Positions 29,248 to 39,357 of a stretch of DNA of 64,000 bases are shown one piece after another. Origin of the DNA: a bacterium (GTDB taxonomy: Bacteria > Patescibacteriota > Dojkabacteria > GCA-016699595 > JBAXKR01); NCBI GenBank assembly GCA_037131125.1, contig JBAXRR010000001.1, positions 7,345 through 71,344 of the forward strand. The letters are read 5' to 3'. Under the pieces are notes generated by a model that did not search any database, was not told the origin of the DNA, and saw only the letters and a program-made list of their open reading frames with translations. Position 1 is the first letter of the stretch. Each line of letters opens with the position of its first letter. The translations under genes and the position numbers were made by a program.

Positions 29248-30015
29248 CTAATTTGTATGCAGAGTAAACAAGATTAATATTATTAGATCAAACAGTAATG
29301 AGAATGCATACTTCATTTCCCCAAGATATAAAGAGTATGAGCTAAGTGCAATGAAGTGAAGTATCATGAGAATAATAATGACATTTCTTACCTTTCTACT
29401 TTTCTTCCATACAAGAGTAATAACCATTACAGAGTAGATAATTAAATCTCCAATAATAATGGGTAGTACCTCAAGTGGATTGGACTTTGTATATTTTTCT
29501 ATGAAGATATATGCAATTTGTAAAATGAATTTTGTAACAGTTAAAGCTATTACAAGATATTTAAAAAGAGAGATATCGAATTGTCTGTTTTGAGTTAATT
29601 CGTTAATTTCCTCTTTGGCTTTTCCATCAAATCTAATCATGTATAGAAATATGAAGAACTGAACAATAAAGCTCGCGTATATAATTGGCAATGCAGGTTT
29701 AAAGAAGTAATCATTTGAACTGGATATAAATTTACCAAGCTCATCCCAGAAGAATCCGAAACCTATTCCCACTCCTATTGCACTTAATAGCTTTAACTTA
29801 GTATTTGGTTTTATGATTAAGTTAAGAAGAATAACAAGTAACATTATTATTCCACCATACAAAAGATGTGCAATATGAAAATCTGAAAAAGATACTTGTG
29901 GAAAGTTAGTTGCTGTAAGAAATATTCTAATACCAAATATAGTGACTATAGATGTAAGAAGATAAATAAAAAGATAAACACTAAACCCTTTAATAAATAT
30001 ATCTTTTATTTTCAT
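29248..30015 (-). CDS. Polytopic membrane protein
   Basis: About 7 hydrophobic helices; HIAHLLYGG and GIGFGFFWDELGKF...DYF motifs. Confidence 0.7.
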   Translation of the reverse strand: MKIKDIFIKGFSVYLFIYLLTSIVTIFGIRIFLTATNFPQVSFSDFHIAHLLYGGIIMLLVILLNLIIKPNTKLKLLSAIGVGIGFGFFWDELGKFISSSNDYFFKPALPIIYASFIVQFFIFLYMIRFDGKAKEEINELTQNRQFDISLFKYLVIALTVTKFILQIAYIFIEKYTKSNPLEVLPIIIGDLIIYSVMVITLVWKKSRKVRNVIIILMILHFIALSSYSLYLGEMKYAFSLLFDLIILILFTLHTN

Positions 30016-30026
30016 CTCGCTTAATA

Positions 30027-30665
30027 TTAAATTATTTCTGTTTCCTTATCTAACTCAAGTGCCATAAACTTTATTCCCATAGGTTCTAATACCTTTGGAG
30101 GAATCATGTGTGTACCACCTGGTACTTTAAGAATTCCCTCATGAACAGGAATACAAATTCTAGGTTTAACCTCTAAAGCATAGTCTATTGCTTCAGATAG
30201 TTTCATCCATGGGCCAGCAACAGGAAGGAATAGTATATCTACTTCTTTGTTTGGATTTGTAAATGAATCTCCTGGATAGAATATTTTGTTTCCAATAAAG
30301 TAACCAGTGTTTTGTATGGTTGGAATACTTTTGTAAATAACTGCATGTTGTTTTCCAAATCCTTCAACTAAAACTCCATTTAAATCCATACTTTGTCCAT
30401 CTTCTACCAAAGTATATTTAATATTTTCTTTGTCTAGAAGTATACCTACAGATTTGTTTGTAATAATTTTTACTTCGGGATTATTTGAAATTACTTGCTT
30501 TAATGATTCAATATGAAGATGATCTGGATGTTCGTGAGTAATAAGAACAAAATGTATATTCTTAATGCTATTTTGAGAAGTTGAATATGTTCCTGGATCT
30601 GTAAGTATTCTGACATTCTTTTCTTCTATTAGCATGCAACAATGTCCGAATTTAGTGATTTTCAT
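30027..30665 (-). CDS. MBL-fold metallo-hydrolase
   Basis: TDPG, ITHEHPDH, PGDS, PVHE motifs. Confidence 0.9.
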   Translation of the reverse strand: MKITKFGHCCMLIEEKNVRILTDPGTYSTSQNSIKNIHFVLITHEHPDHLHIESLKQVISNNPEVKIITNKSVGILLDKENIKYTLVEDGQSMDLNGVLVEGFGKQHAVIYKSIPTIQNTGYFIGNKIFYPGDSFTNPNKEVDILFLPVAGPWMKLSEAIDYALEVKPRICIPVHEGILKVPGGTHMIPPKVLEPMGIKFMALELDKETEII

Positions 30666-30687
30666 TTTATGAAGTTAAGGTCTTATG

Positions 30688-30763
30688 TGGTGGACGCTAG
30701 AGGATTCGAACCTCTGACCCTACCCACGTCAAGGGTATGCTCTACCAGCTGAGCTAAGCGTCC
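30688..30763 (-). tRNA. tRNA-Val(GAC) with encoded CCA
   Basis: GGACGCT acceptor stem, TAGCTCAGCTGGTAGAGC D-arm, TACCC-TTGACGT-GGGTA anticodon arm, GGTTCGAATCC T-arm, ACCA end; 76 nt. Confidence 0.97.
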
Positions 30764-30785
30764 AACACTTAGGATTATACCCTAC

Positions 30786-31397
30786 TTATTTAGTAGGATG
30801 AAGTACTTTATCTATTAATCCATATTCTTTTGCTTGGTCAGATGTCATCCAGTAGTTTCTATCTGAATCCTTTAGAACCTTAGCTTTCTTTTGACCAGAT
30901 TGTTTAGCAATAAGTTCCATTAAGACGTCTTTTATTCTTAATATCTCTCTTGCTTCTATTTCAATATCTGATGCTTGTCCTTCTGTTCCACCAATTGGTT
31001 GGTGAATAAGAATAGATGCATTAGGTAAAGAGTATCTCTTACCTTTTGTTCCAGATGTTAATAGAATTGCTCCCATAGATGCAGCCATTCCAACTGCAAC
31101 AGTTGAAACATCACAGCTAATTAAATTCATTGTATCTACAATTGCTAAGCCTGCATTAACAGATCCACCTGGAGTATTAATATACATTGTAATATCTTTA
31201 TTAGGAGCTTCTTTTTGAAGGAATAACATTTGAGCAATGACACTATTTGCTAGTGCATCACTGACTTGTCCTTCTACAAATATGATTCTATCTTTTAAAA
31301 GTCGGGAATAGATATCATAAGAACGTTCGCCATCTCTGGTCTTTTCAATTACTGATGGGATTAGGATAGTGTCATTTCTTGTTTCTTTGTTACTCAT
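30786..31397 (-). CDS. clpP: ATP-dependent Clp protease proteolytic subunit
   Basis: [27 protein letters not shown] (catalytic Ser), IHQP, DRNYWM. Confidence 0.97.
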   Translation of the reverse strand: MSNKETRNDTILIPSVIEKTRDGERSYDIYSRLLKDRIIFVEGQVSDALANSVIAQMLFLQKEAPNKDITMYINTPGGSVNAGLAIVDTMNLISCDVSTVAVGMAASMGAILLTSGTKGKRYSLPNASILIHQPIGGTEGQASDIEIEAREILRIKDVLMELIAKQSGQKKAKVLKDSDRNYWMTSDQAKEYGLIDKVLHPTK

Positions 31398-31401
31398 ATT
31401 A

Positions 31402-31428
31402 TTAGCAATCTAAAGTAAGTAGTGCTAA
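31402..31428. promoter_or_regulatory. CIRCE element in the clpP leader
   Basis: TTAGCAATC-N9-TAGTGCTAA, one mismatch per arm; abuts extended -10 TGaTATAAT (hexamer 31428-31433, minus) and lies 4 nt from the ATG. Confidence 0.85.
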
Positions 31429-31470
31429 TTATATCACAGAGTTATTAAAAGGAAAGTTGAAAATTACATT

Positions 31471-32145
31471 GTGATAAAATTACTTATGCAAATTATTATA
31501 ATTATTCTTGCTTACTTTGGATTAACGAATTGGGTACAAATTAGATTTCTACTCGGAAACTTTTTCAAACCTAAATCTAAATCTAGAGAAATTGACTTTA
31601 GTAAGATGACAGATCTTGTTAAACAAAAGATTGGATTAGATGTAACTATAAAAGAACTTCCCGAGCAAAATAAGATGATTGGATTTATGGTTACTCAAAG
31701 ACCGTTCAAACCAATAATGGTTTTTTCTCAAAAGATGTTATCTAGTTTTAACATTGATGAACTTGAATGGGTAGTACTTCATGAATCAGCTCACTATATG
31801 AAATTTCATAACTACAAGTTAGTTGCATCTGATATATTCTGCTTTTTATTAGCCTACTCAATAATTATGATATTTAACTTGCCTTTATTATTAGCGTTAG
31901 TTGTTATCCTAATATTTTCAGTAATATATGTTCAAATTGCTAAGATATTTGAATATGAGGCAGATAAATTTGCTATCGAAAACGTAGATAATCCAGAGGG
32001 TGTTATATCTGGAAATATTAAAATGAAAAATTCAAAGATCTCTAAGAACATTGTGTTCAATAAGCTTTTGGTAATAGCTGTTCCTGCTGATAAAAGAATT
32101 CAAATGGCAAAAGAAGAAATTCAAAAACGAACACAAAGTCATTAA
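31471..32145 (+). CDS. M48/M56-like membrane zinc metallopeptidase
   Basis: ELEWVVLHESAH (HExxH), EYEADKFA, TM helices; real start may be ATG 31486. Confidence 0.8.
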   Translation: MIKLLMQIIIIILAYFGLTNWVQIRFLLGNFFKPKSKSREIDFSKMTDLVKQKIGLDVTIKELPEQNKMIGFMVTQRPFKPIMVFSQKMLSSFNIDELEWVVLHESAHYMKFHNYKLVASDIFCFLLAYSIIMIFNLPLLLALVVILIFSVIYVQIAKIFEYEADKFAIENVDNPEGVISGNIKMKNSKISKNIVFNKLLVIAVPADKRIQMAKEEIQKRTQSH

Positions 32146-32224
32146 AATTTTCCCACTTATATAGCTTTAATACTCATCTAACATATTTATTGATACCTTC
32201 CATAAAGAGAGTAATATTTATTTT

Positions 32225-33118
32225 ATGGAAGATTCTAGTATGGATACAAATAAAAACATTTTTTCTTTAACCGTTGATTATGACAAAACTTCCAGTCCCT
32301 CGAGTGCTTTTAAGGCAATAGGTGAGATTATTGAATCACTTGAAAAATTAGACAGTGTTCTTGTTAAGAGTGTTGATAGCAAAATAGAAACAGATACGAT
32401 ACTAGAAAATCTTGAAAATGGGTCCATTAAAACAAAATTAATTACAATCCTAAAAAATGTAGACGATAAAGGACTTGGTGAATTAGAAGTTAAACGTATA
32501 ATTGGGAAATTTTTAGTTAAGGCAAAATACTTTATTCTAAAAAGAATTGAAACTGATGAGGAATTAAGTGTGGAAGCTTTTAAGCATCTTCCAAATGAAA
32601 TAGATCTAATTGCTACAGAAGCAGGTGTAAGAAAAGTTGGAATATATACCTCTGTTACTTCCAGAGAATTAATTGATAGGGTTGTTGGAATACAGGAATC
32701 ATTAAAATATTTAAGGTCAGGAGATAAAGCATATTTTGAATATGATGGGAATAAAATCGAAGTGAAACAAAGGGAATATTTGTCTGAATCTAATTTAGTA
32801 GGAATAGTTACAAGAGAAAGTTTAAGTTCAAGTTCAATAATGTTTCTAAGGGTAAGAAAACCTGACTATCTTGGTGATACTAAGTGGATATTTAAGCATG
32901 GAAAGACAGAAGTTAAAGCAATTATTACTGATAAAGACTTCTTAAACGATTTTCATGACAGGAAAATAAAGGTACAACCAGGAGACTCTATAAAATGCGA
33001 AGTAAAAGTTGTAAGTAAATATGATTTCAATAGTGATTTAATATCTGCAGAGTACGAAATTACTAAAGTAATCGAAGTTATTCCTCCTGAAAATAGTACA
33101 CAAATGAAAATAAGTTAA
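32225..33118 (+). CDS. Hypothetical protein
   Basis: 297-aa ORF with beta-rich, possibly OB-like C-terminus (KPDYLGDTKW...PGDSIKC). Confidence 0.65.
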   Translation: MEDSSMDTNKNIFSLTVDYDKTSSPSSAFKAIGEIIESLEKLDSVLVKSVDSKIETDTILENLENGSIKTKLITILKNVDDKGLGELEVKRIIGKFLVKAKYFILKRIETDEELSVEAFKHLPNEIDLIATEAGVRKVGIYTSVTSRELIDRVVGIQESLKYLRSGDKAYFEYDGNKIEVKQREYLSESNLVGIVTRESLSSSSIMFLRVRKPDYLGDTKWIFKHGKTEVKAIITDKDFLNDFHDRKIKVQPGDSIKCEVKVVSKYDFNSDLISAEYEITKVIEVIPPENSTQMKIS

Positions 33119-33166
33119 ATCCAGTATACTCACTATTATTAGACCCATCGAAATTGACGAGTTTAT

Positions 33167-34342
33167 CTATTTGTCTCCAAAATATTTTCTATCTTTAAGT
33201 TTATCTGGAAAACATTGTTGTTTAGATTTACCACTTGGTAGATCTGGATCATATTCATATCCTTTTCCATAATCCAACTCTTTCATAAGCTTAGTAGGAG
33301 CATTTCTTAGGTGCATTGGAACTGGAAGATTCCCATAATTCTTAATATCTTCTTTTGCAAGATTTGCTGCAACATATGCCCTATTATCTTTAGGTGAATT
33401 AGCAAGATATTCTGCAAGTTGAATAAGTGCAGTATTACATTCAGGTATACCTAAGTTCTGACATGCTTGAAATACTTGGTTAGCAAGAAGAAGTGCGTTT
33501 GGATTAGCATTTCCAATATCTTCAGATGCAAAACGTAATAATCTTCTTGCTATGTAAAGTGGATCTTCTCCTGCTTCAAGCATTCTGGTTACCCAGTAAA
33601 CTCCAGCGGATGGATTACTAGATCTTAAACTCTTATGCATAGCAGATATAATATTGTAGTGCTCTTCTCCGTTTTTATCATATCTTAGGAACTTCTGGGC
33701 TGCTTGTTCTAACTCTTCTTTTGTAATCTTTTTAGATATTTGTGATGCGATTTCAATTGTATTAAGTGCAAATCTAATATCTCCATTAGATATTTCAGCT
33801 AGATAGTCTAAATCTGCATCTTTAACTTTAATCTTAAGAAGCTTTACTCCCCTTTCGAGTGCAATTTTAATATTTTCCTTACTGTGAGATTCAAAAACAA
33901 ATACTCTAGATCTTGAAAGTAATGGAGATATTACTGTGAAAGATGGATTTTCTGTTGTTGCACCAATTAAAGTTATTACTCCTGTTTCTACATATGGAAG
34001 AAGTGCATCTTGTTGTGCTTTACTCCATCTATGGATTTCATCAATAAATAGGATTGTAACTATTTTGTTTTCTCTATTCTTCTCTGCAATATCTATTATC
34101 TCTTTTAACTTCTCTTTTCCATCTATAACTGCAGAGATCTTTTCAAAGTCTGCTTGAATAGTGTTTGCGATTATATTTGCCAAAGTGGTTTTTCCAGATG
34201 CAGGTGGTCCCCAAAATATCATACTTGTTATTCTTCCACCTTCAATCATTTTACGAATTGGACCATCTTTTCCAACAAGTTTATCTTGTCCTAAGAAGTC
34301 TTCTAGTTTTTGTGGTCTTAGAAGTGATGCTAATGGTTCCAT
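33167..34342 (-). CDS. rarA: Replication-associated recombination protein A (MgsA/RarA)
   Basis: PLASLLRP, WGPPASGKTT, FIDEIHR, GATTENP, YDKNGEEHYNIISAMHKS, ASEDIG. Confidence 0.95.
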   Translation of the reverse strand: MEPLASLLRPQKLEDFLGQDKLVGKDGPIRKMIEGGRITSMIFWGPPASGKTTLANIIANTIQADFEKISAVIDGKEKLKEIIDIAEKNRENKIVTILFIDEIHRWSKAQQDALLPYVETGVITLIGATTENPSFTVISPLLSRSRVFVFESHSKENIKIALERGVKLLKIKVKDADLDYLAEISNGDIRFALNTIEIASQISKKITKEELEQAAQKFLRYDKNGEEHYNIISAMHKSLRSSNPSAGVYWVTRMLEAGEDPLYIARRLLRFASEDIGNANPNALLLANQVFQACQNLGIPECNTALIQLAEYLANSPKDNRAYVAANLAKEDIKNYGNLPVPMHLRNAPTKLMKELDYGKGYEYDPDLPSGKSKQQCFPDKLKDRKYFGDK

Positions 34343-34375
34343 TACCGAATTATACCAGAAATAGAAGATGAATAA

Positions 34376-34786
34376 TTATTGAAGTTTGGTAAGATCACCT
34401 AATAATATAACAGGCTTCATTGCCTCCAATTCTGATGTATATATCATTTCTGGAATTGGTTTTAGAAAATAGATTTTTTTACCAAGAATAAATCCATAAC
34501 CTAACTCTAAAAAACTGTTTCCCCCAATATAGTTTTTAATTCCTTTTTTATCATAGTTTAAAGCCAATACAGCATCACACTTTTCTATAAGATTACAGAA
34601 CTCAATTAATCCATCTTTATTATTTTTGTCTTTAATAGTTTGTGATTCTATTTGTTCTTTTGGAAGTTTCGAATATTCTTCAGCAAAAGATGATGCAAAA
34701 ACTTTATGGTTGTTATTCTCAAGATTTTTTTTTGTTTCCAACATTTTATCCACAAATGTCATACTTCCAACTATTGCAATCTTCAT
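34376..34786 (-). CDS. Nucleoside deoxyribosyltransferase-like hypothetical protein
   Basis: KIAIVGSM...CDAVLALN...YIGGNSFLELGYG..LGKKIY pattern. Confidence 0.55.
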   Translation of the reverse strand: MKIAIVGSMTFVDKMLETKKNLENNNHKVFASSFAEEYSKLPKEQIESQTIKDKNNKDGLIEFCNLIEKCDAVLALNYDKKGIKNYIGGNSFLELGYGFILGKKIYFLKPIPEMIYTSELEAMKPVILLGDLTKLQ

Positions 34787-34851
34787 TTTTATCTATTTAA
34801 TAAATATACATGTATTTTACAACAAGGTTTATCTCATTAATAATTATTACC

Positions 34852-34879
34852 AAAAAGTCCCGACAACTCGGGACTCTTT
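34852..34879 (-). terminator. Intrinsic terminator, possibly bidirectional
   Basis: 8-bp stem AGTCCCGA/TCGGGACT, 4-nt loop, U-tract on the minus strand, downstream of the 34901 gene. Confidence 0.75.
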
Positions 34880-34900
34880 GTAATATCTTTTAAAAGTATA

Positions 34901-35299
34901 TTAAGCTTGTGGTGCTACAGGTCCAGTTGCTTTTGGAGCTTCTGAAACATGAGCAGAAGCTGTCTTTTTCTTTCCAACAAATGCATATAGTAACCAACCA
35001 ATCCAGCTTAAAAGTAATGCTAGAACTAACCATAGTGCTGGGTTTTCAACATTATTTTTCTTAGCATTGTTATAAATTACAATTGCAATGATAAGATCAA
35101 CTACAAAATAAAGACAAAGACATACCAAAGGAAGAATAGTTACTGCACCAAATAATCCTGCTGCTGCTGCTGAATCTGCTGAACTTAGAGAGAAAGTTGA
35201 GTCGTAACTAGTAGTGAATCCGTAATCTTGAGCGTGTACTGCTACTGGAAATGCAAGAGCTGATAATGCCATCAGTCCTGCTGTAATTGCTTTCTTCAT
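34901..35299 (-). CDS. Small membrane protein with signal peptide and PLDc_N-like helical hairpin
   Basis: MKKA...VHA|Q signal; IYNNAKKNNVENPALW...WIGWLLYAFV. Confidence 0.7.
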   Translation of the reverse strand: MKKAITAGLMALSALAFPVAVHAQDYGFTTSYDSTFSLSSADSAAAAGLFGAVTILPLVCLCLYFVVDLIIAIVIYNNAKKNNVENPALWLVLALLLSWIGWLLYAFVGKKKTASAHVSEAPKATGPVAPQA

Positions 35300-35331
35300 G
35301 AGAAAAAGATAATAAATAAAATATATAATTA

Positions 35332-35640
35332 CTAATCTCGCTTGTTAATAACAAAGTATAGTACTATTCCTATCCAAGTTATACCAGAAATTACTCCCCA
35401 TAAAACAGGGTTTTCAATGTTATGTTTTTTTGCATCAGAGTATATTAGGTAGCCGATACCAAAAGAAATTGCTAGAGGTATAAATGTAGCAATTATTATA
35501 ATTAGAATTGTAAATATCACAGATCCTCCAAATATAAGTGCAATTAAACCAGCTCCAAAGGCTTCATTGCTAGTTGTTGCTGGGGCACTTACTGAATATT
35601 GGGAAAATGTATTTGATGCTGCTAAAATTATTGTATCCAT
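35332..35640 (-). CDS. Small membrane protein, paralog of its neighbours
   Basis: IYSDAKKHNIENPVLWGVISGITWIGIVLYFVINKR. Confidence 0.7.
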   Translation of the reverse strand: MDTIILAASNTFSQYSVSAPATTSNEAFGAGLIALIFGGSVIFTILIIIIATFIPLAISFGIGYLIYSDAKKHNIENPVLWGVISGITWIGIVLYFVINKRD

Positions 35641-35700
35641 TGTACTTATTAATAGTTTGTATCTTAAATGCTAAAACAACACTGTCTGTTTTGCAACAAA

Positions 35701-35940
35701 TTACTTCTCTCTTTTGTTTATTACAAAATATAGAAGTATTCCAATCCATGTAATTCCTGATATTACACCCCATAGAGCAGGGTTTTCTATATTGTGTTTC
35801 TTTGCATCTTTGTAAATCAGGTATCCAATAGTGAATGCAACTGCGAAACCAATAACTGTGGCAAATAACATAAAAATACCCATAAAACCGAAGCTTAGTG
35901 AGTTAAAAGGGGAACTGTATGCTGAGTAATAATTCATCAT
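35701..35940 (-). CDS. Small membrane protein, paralog of its neighbours
   Basis: IYKDAKKHNIENPALWGVISGITWIGILLYFVINKR. Confidence 0.7.
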   Translation of the reverse strand: MMNYYSAYSSPFNSLSFGFMGIFMLFATVIGFAVAFTIGYLIYKDAKKHNIENPALWGVISGITWIGILLYFVINKREK

Positions 35941-35980
35941 TGGCTCAAATAGTTAAGAAATTAACATATATTATGCTAGA

Positions 35981-37009
35981 TCAAGGGTTCCTGTTTTGCA
36001 AGTAGCTATCTATAACATCCTTTACATGTTGATAAGCATCATCAAAATTATCTTTAAAGTTTGCTCCTGCCGATCTTTCATGACCTCCACCTCTTCCACC
36101 TTCTGCAATATTTCTACATATTTGGCTACAATCTATTCCACTATCTTCACTGGATCTCATAGATACCCATACAAAGCTTTTAGGAGATTCTTTAATCGTT
36201 ACGATTAGTTTCCAATTACTAGTGTTTTGAAGTTGAGTTAGGTAATAGTCTTTAATGTTTCCAAAATCATCGAAAGTTAATTTATTTTCTGCCTCAAACT
36301 TTAGAGGAATAACCACAAAGTAATATCCTTTCTCTTCATCTACTCTTGTGTAATCTACTAATTTAAAACAAGTTTGTAGGTCTTTGTAACTTAAGAATCT
36401 AAAGTAATTTTTGTTAACGAATCCAAGGTCTCCTCCACATTCAACCATCTCTTCAAATGTTTTTATATCCTCTGCATTATATGTCCATCTTAGATACTGA
36501 GTATCTCCTAAGTATCCAGCTAAACATAATGTTACAATTTTTTTATTGTTTTTTAATCCAAGTACTTTCACAATCTGATCCCAAATTATTGCTGTAGCAC
36601 TTCTATATTTACTATTTACCATTACTATTTTTGCTTCTTCTCTTGTGTTATTTTCAGAATGATGATCAATAAGTACTAAGGAGTATGGAAGTGTTAGTTC
36701 AACTTTCCCTAAGTTCTTTTTTAGAAGTTGGGATTTTGTAACTCCATCTACAATTATTCCAAGATCATACATAGTGAAGTCTTTATGAGCTTCATCAAAT
36801 TTATTAAATGTATATCCTTCTGCAATAAATTTATGATAATTGTCTACTGAAAAGTCACACCAAATTGAGACTTCTGCATTTGGGTTAAGAAATTTACATA
36901 CCTCTAGCATTACTGCAGCTGAACTTATGCAATCTAGGTCAATTCTTGCTGTAGGAAATATCGCTATTTTTTTTGCTTCTAGTATCTGTTTTTTAAGTTC
37001 TTCTAGCAT
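35981..37009 (-). CDS. DHH/DHHA1 phosphoesterase (NrnA-like)
   Basis: DLDC motif I, IVD, IDHH, GDT, VSMRS, GGGHERSAG; ATG at 37009 avoids overlap with DUF192. Confidence 0.85.
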   Translation of the reverse strand: MLEELKKQILEAKKIAIFPTARIDLDCISSAAVMLEVCKFLNPNAEVSIWCDFSVDNYHKFIAEGYTFNKFDEAHKDFTMYDLGIIVDGVTKSQLLKKNLGKVELTLPYSLVLIDHHSENNTREEAKIVMVNSKYRSATAIIWDQIVKVLGLKNNKKIVTLCLAGYLGDTQYLRWTYNAEDIKTFEEMVECGGDLGFVNKNYFRFLSYKDLQTCFKLVDYTRVDEEKGYYFVVIPLKFEAENKLTFDDFGNIKDYYLTQLQNTSNWKLIVTIKESPKSFVWVSMRSSEDSGIDCSQICRNIAEGGRGGGHERSAGANFKDNFDDAYQHVKDVIDSYLQNRNP

Positions 37010-37010
37010 T

Positions 37011-37532
37011 TTAGTTAGTAATAGATTGAAGTAGCATTGTATCACCTTCTTGTATATTCAGTTTATCAGAAAGTCCACCATTTATCTCAAGCACATACAT
37101 TCCGTAAGAGGAGTATGTAAGGTCTTCTCTTTTAGGTGTAGTATTTTTATATATCTTTACAATCTTTTTATTTTTATCCATAAATAGCATATCCAAAGGA
37201 ATCAGGGTGTTTTTCATCCAAAATGAAAGTGTTTGTTCTGAATTAAATACAAAAAGCATTCCAGATTTTGGATCAAGTGAATCCCTATTCATGAGTCCTA
37301 CTTCCTTTTTAGCACTTGTATCTGCAAGCTCAACATTAAATATTACTCCATCAAGTACTTTTCCATCTCTTTGGAATTGAACTTTAGATATAACAGTATT
37401 AACACCGTTAACTGAATTTGTAGGTGAGTTTACTTCAGATATTCTCAATACAACTGCAAGTAATATGCAGAATGCTATGAATCCGAGGGTAAATAAATAC
37501 ATTATTTTTTTCTTTTTATTTTGATCTTCCAA
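37011..37532 (-). CDS. DUF192 family protein
   Basis: VELADT...GLMNR...GMLFVF...FWMKNTLIPLDMLF...YVLEINGG. Confidence 0.9.
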   Translation of the reverse strand: MEDQNKKKKIMYLFTLGFIAFCILLAVVLRISEVNSPTNSVNGVNTVISKVQFQRDGKVLDGVIFNVELADTSAKKEVGLMNRDSLDPKSGMLFVFNSEQTLSFWMKNTLIPLDMLFMDKNKKIVKIYKNTTPKREDLTYSSYGMYVLEINGGLSDKLNIQEGDTMLLQSITN

Positions 37533-39357
37533 ATTTCTTTTCGAATTCAGATAATTTTAATTCCCATACAATTGGTCTTCCATGAGGACAGGAGTATGGA
37601 TTGTCTGTAGATAGTAGGTCTAGTACTAGATGATTAATTTCTTCTCTTGTAAGATTATCTCCTCCTCTAATTGAGTGATGACATGCCATAGTAGCAATAA
37701 GTTTATCTATTTTGTCATTTGCACTTTTAGCAGATAAATTCTCTTCAGAGATCTCACTTAGTGTTTCTTCTATTGTTTCTTCAATACTTTCTTTAGATAG
37801 TTCATGTGGTATTTCTATAACTCCATACTCACTTGGTCCCATTTTCTCAATAACTATTCCCAATGAATTGAATAATTCTAGATTATCTGTAAGTGTATTT
37901 AATTGTTTTGCGTTTAGAGTAAGAGTGTATGGAAGTAAAAGCTTTTGTGAACTAAAAGATTTCATTTCAAAAGATTTTTTGAGTCTGTCAAAAGTTATTC
38001 TTTCAGCTGCTGCATGTTGATCAATTATTTGTACCTTATCTATGTATTCAATAAGAATATATGTTTTAAGAAATTGAGTTGCATTGATGTAAGGAAGTAT
38101 TGTTGTATTAGGAACACCTTCTGTATTTGTTGAAATCTGTCCTTCTTCTAGGTTTGAATTTAAAGATTTAGAATCTTCAAATATATTCTTTGTGAATGAC
38201 ATGGCTTCTCTAGGTCCACCATTCCAAGTACTTTTAGTTTCCCATGAGTTCTTAATACTTTGTTTATATGGAGATGAATACATACTGTTACTAGTTCCAG
38301 ATAGTTCAGTTTTTATGCTACTTAGATTGTTGTTATAACTGTCTCCAGTTATTTGGCTTTGTGTTTGAATCTTTAAAGCTTTTTCAAGTGCAGAATGAAC
38401 TGCAATGTTAATAGAGTTAAATATTTGTTGTTGGTTTCCCCATTTTACTTCTAGTTTTCTAGGATGAACATTTACGTCTACATCTTTTGGATTAAGTGAG
38501 ATCTTTATGAAGAAAACAGGGTACAGTTCTCGTGGCATAAAGCCTGTATATGATTGTTGAACAGCTTTGCCTATAATATTGTCTTTAATGAATCTTCCAT
38601 TTACAAATATATATGTGTTTTGTTTTGAACTTTTGCATGTTTTAGGGTGAAGTGTAAATCCAGATATATTTATTTGGGATTCATACTTTATTTCAATTAA
38701 CTCACTCTCGTCATATTTGAATATATCCTGAATTCTTTGTTTTAAAGTATCCCTTGCCGGGAGTTTATATGAATTTTTTCCATCGAAGTTCAATTCAAAA
38801 GATATTTTTTCATTTACTAATGCTATATTAAGAAATGCATCTATAAGATGATTCTTCTCAGTATTTTCAGACTTTAAAAATTTCCTTCTTGCAGGAACAT
38901 TATAGAATAAATCCTCGACATTAATTGTAGTTCCTCTGTTCTTTCCAATTTCATTGTTTTCGAAAACTTTTCCTTCACTTGTTCTTACTTTAGTTCCTAC
39001 TTTTGAAGATTCCGATTTTGTTTCAATTGTAACTTTGGAAACAGAGGCAATTGATGCTAATGCTTCCCCGCGAAAGCCATAACTCATAATGGAATATAGG
39101 TCATCAAGATTGGTTATTTTACTAGTTGCGTGTCTTTCAAATGATTTAATTGCATCTTCTTCATCCATTCCAGAACCATCGTCAATTATTTGTATCTTTT
39201 GGATTCCACCTCTTTGTATGTTTATTATGATATTACTTGCCCCAGCATCTATACTATTCTCAACAAGTTCTTTAAGAACAGATGCAGGTCTTTCTACAAC
39301 TTCACCAGCTGCTATTTGGTTAATAAGATTTTGTGGAAGTAAGTGAATCTTTGACAT
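37516..39357 (-). CDS. mutL: DNA mismatch repair endonuclease MutL
   Basis: IAAGEVVERPASVLKELVENSIDAG, GFRGEALASI, DQHAAAER, ACH, CPHGRP. Confidence 0.97.
   Translation of the reverse strand: MSKIHLLPQNLINQIAAGEVVERPASVLKELVENSIDAGASNIIINIQRGGIQKIQIIDDGSGMDEEDAIKSFERHATSKITNLDDLYSIMSYGFRGEALASIASVSKVTIETKSESSKVGTKVRTSEGKVFENNEIGKNRGTTINVEDLFYNVPARRKFLKSENTEKNHLIDAFLNIALVNEKISFELNFDGKNSYKLPARDTLKQRIQDIFKYDESELIEIKYESQINISGFTLHPKTCKSSKQNTYIFVNGRFIKDNIIGKAVQQSYTGFMPRELYPVFFIKISLNPKDVDVNVHPRKLEVKWGNQQQIFNSINIAVHSALEKALKIQTQSQITGDSYNNNLSSIKTELSGTSNSMYSSPYKQSIKNSWETKSTWNGGPREAMSFTKNIFEDSKSLNSNLEEGQISTNTEGVPNTTILPYINATQFLKTYILIEYIDKVQIIDQHAAAERITFDRLKKSFEMKSFSSQKLLLPYTLTLNAKQLNTLTDNLELFNSLGIVIEKMGPSEYGVIEIPHELSKESIEETIEETLSEISEENLSAKSANDKIDKLIATMACHHSIRGGDNLTREEINHLVLDLLSTDNPYSCPHGRPIVWELKLSEFEKKFGRSK

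Noticed and set aside
29248-30763. tRNA-Val as an integration site for a genomic island
   Set aside because: No integrase and no duplicated tRNA 3' end seen in the window
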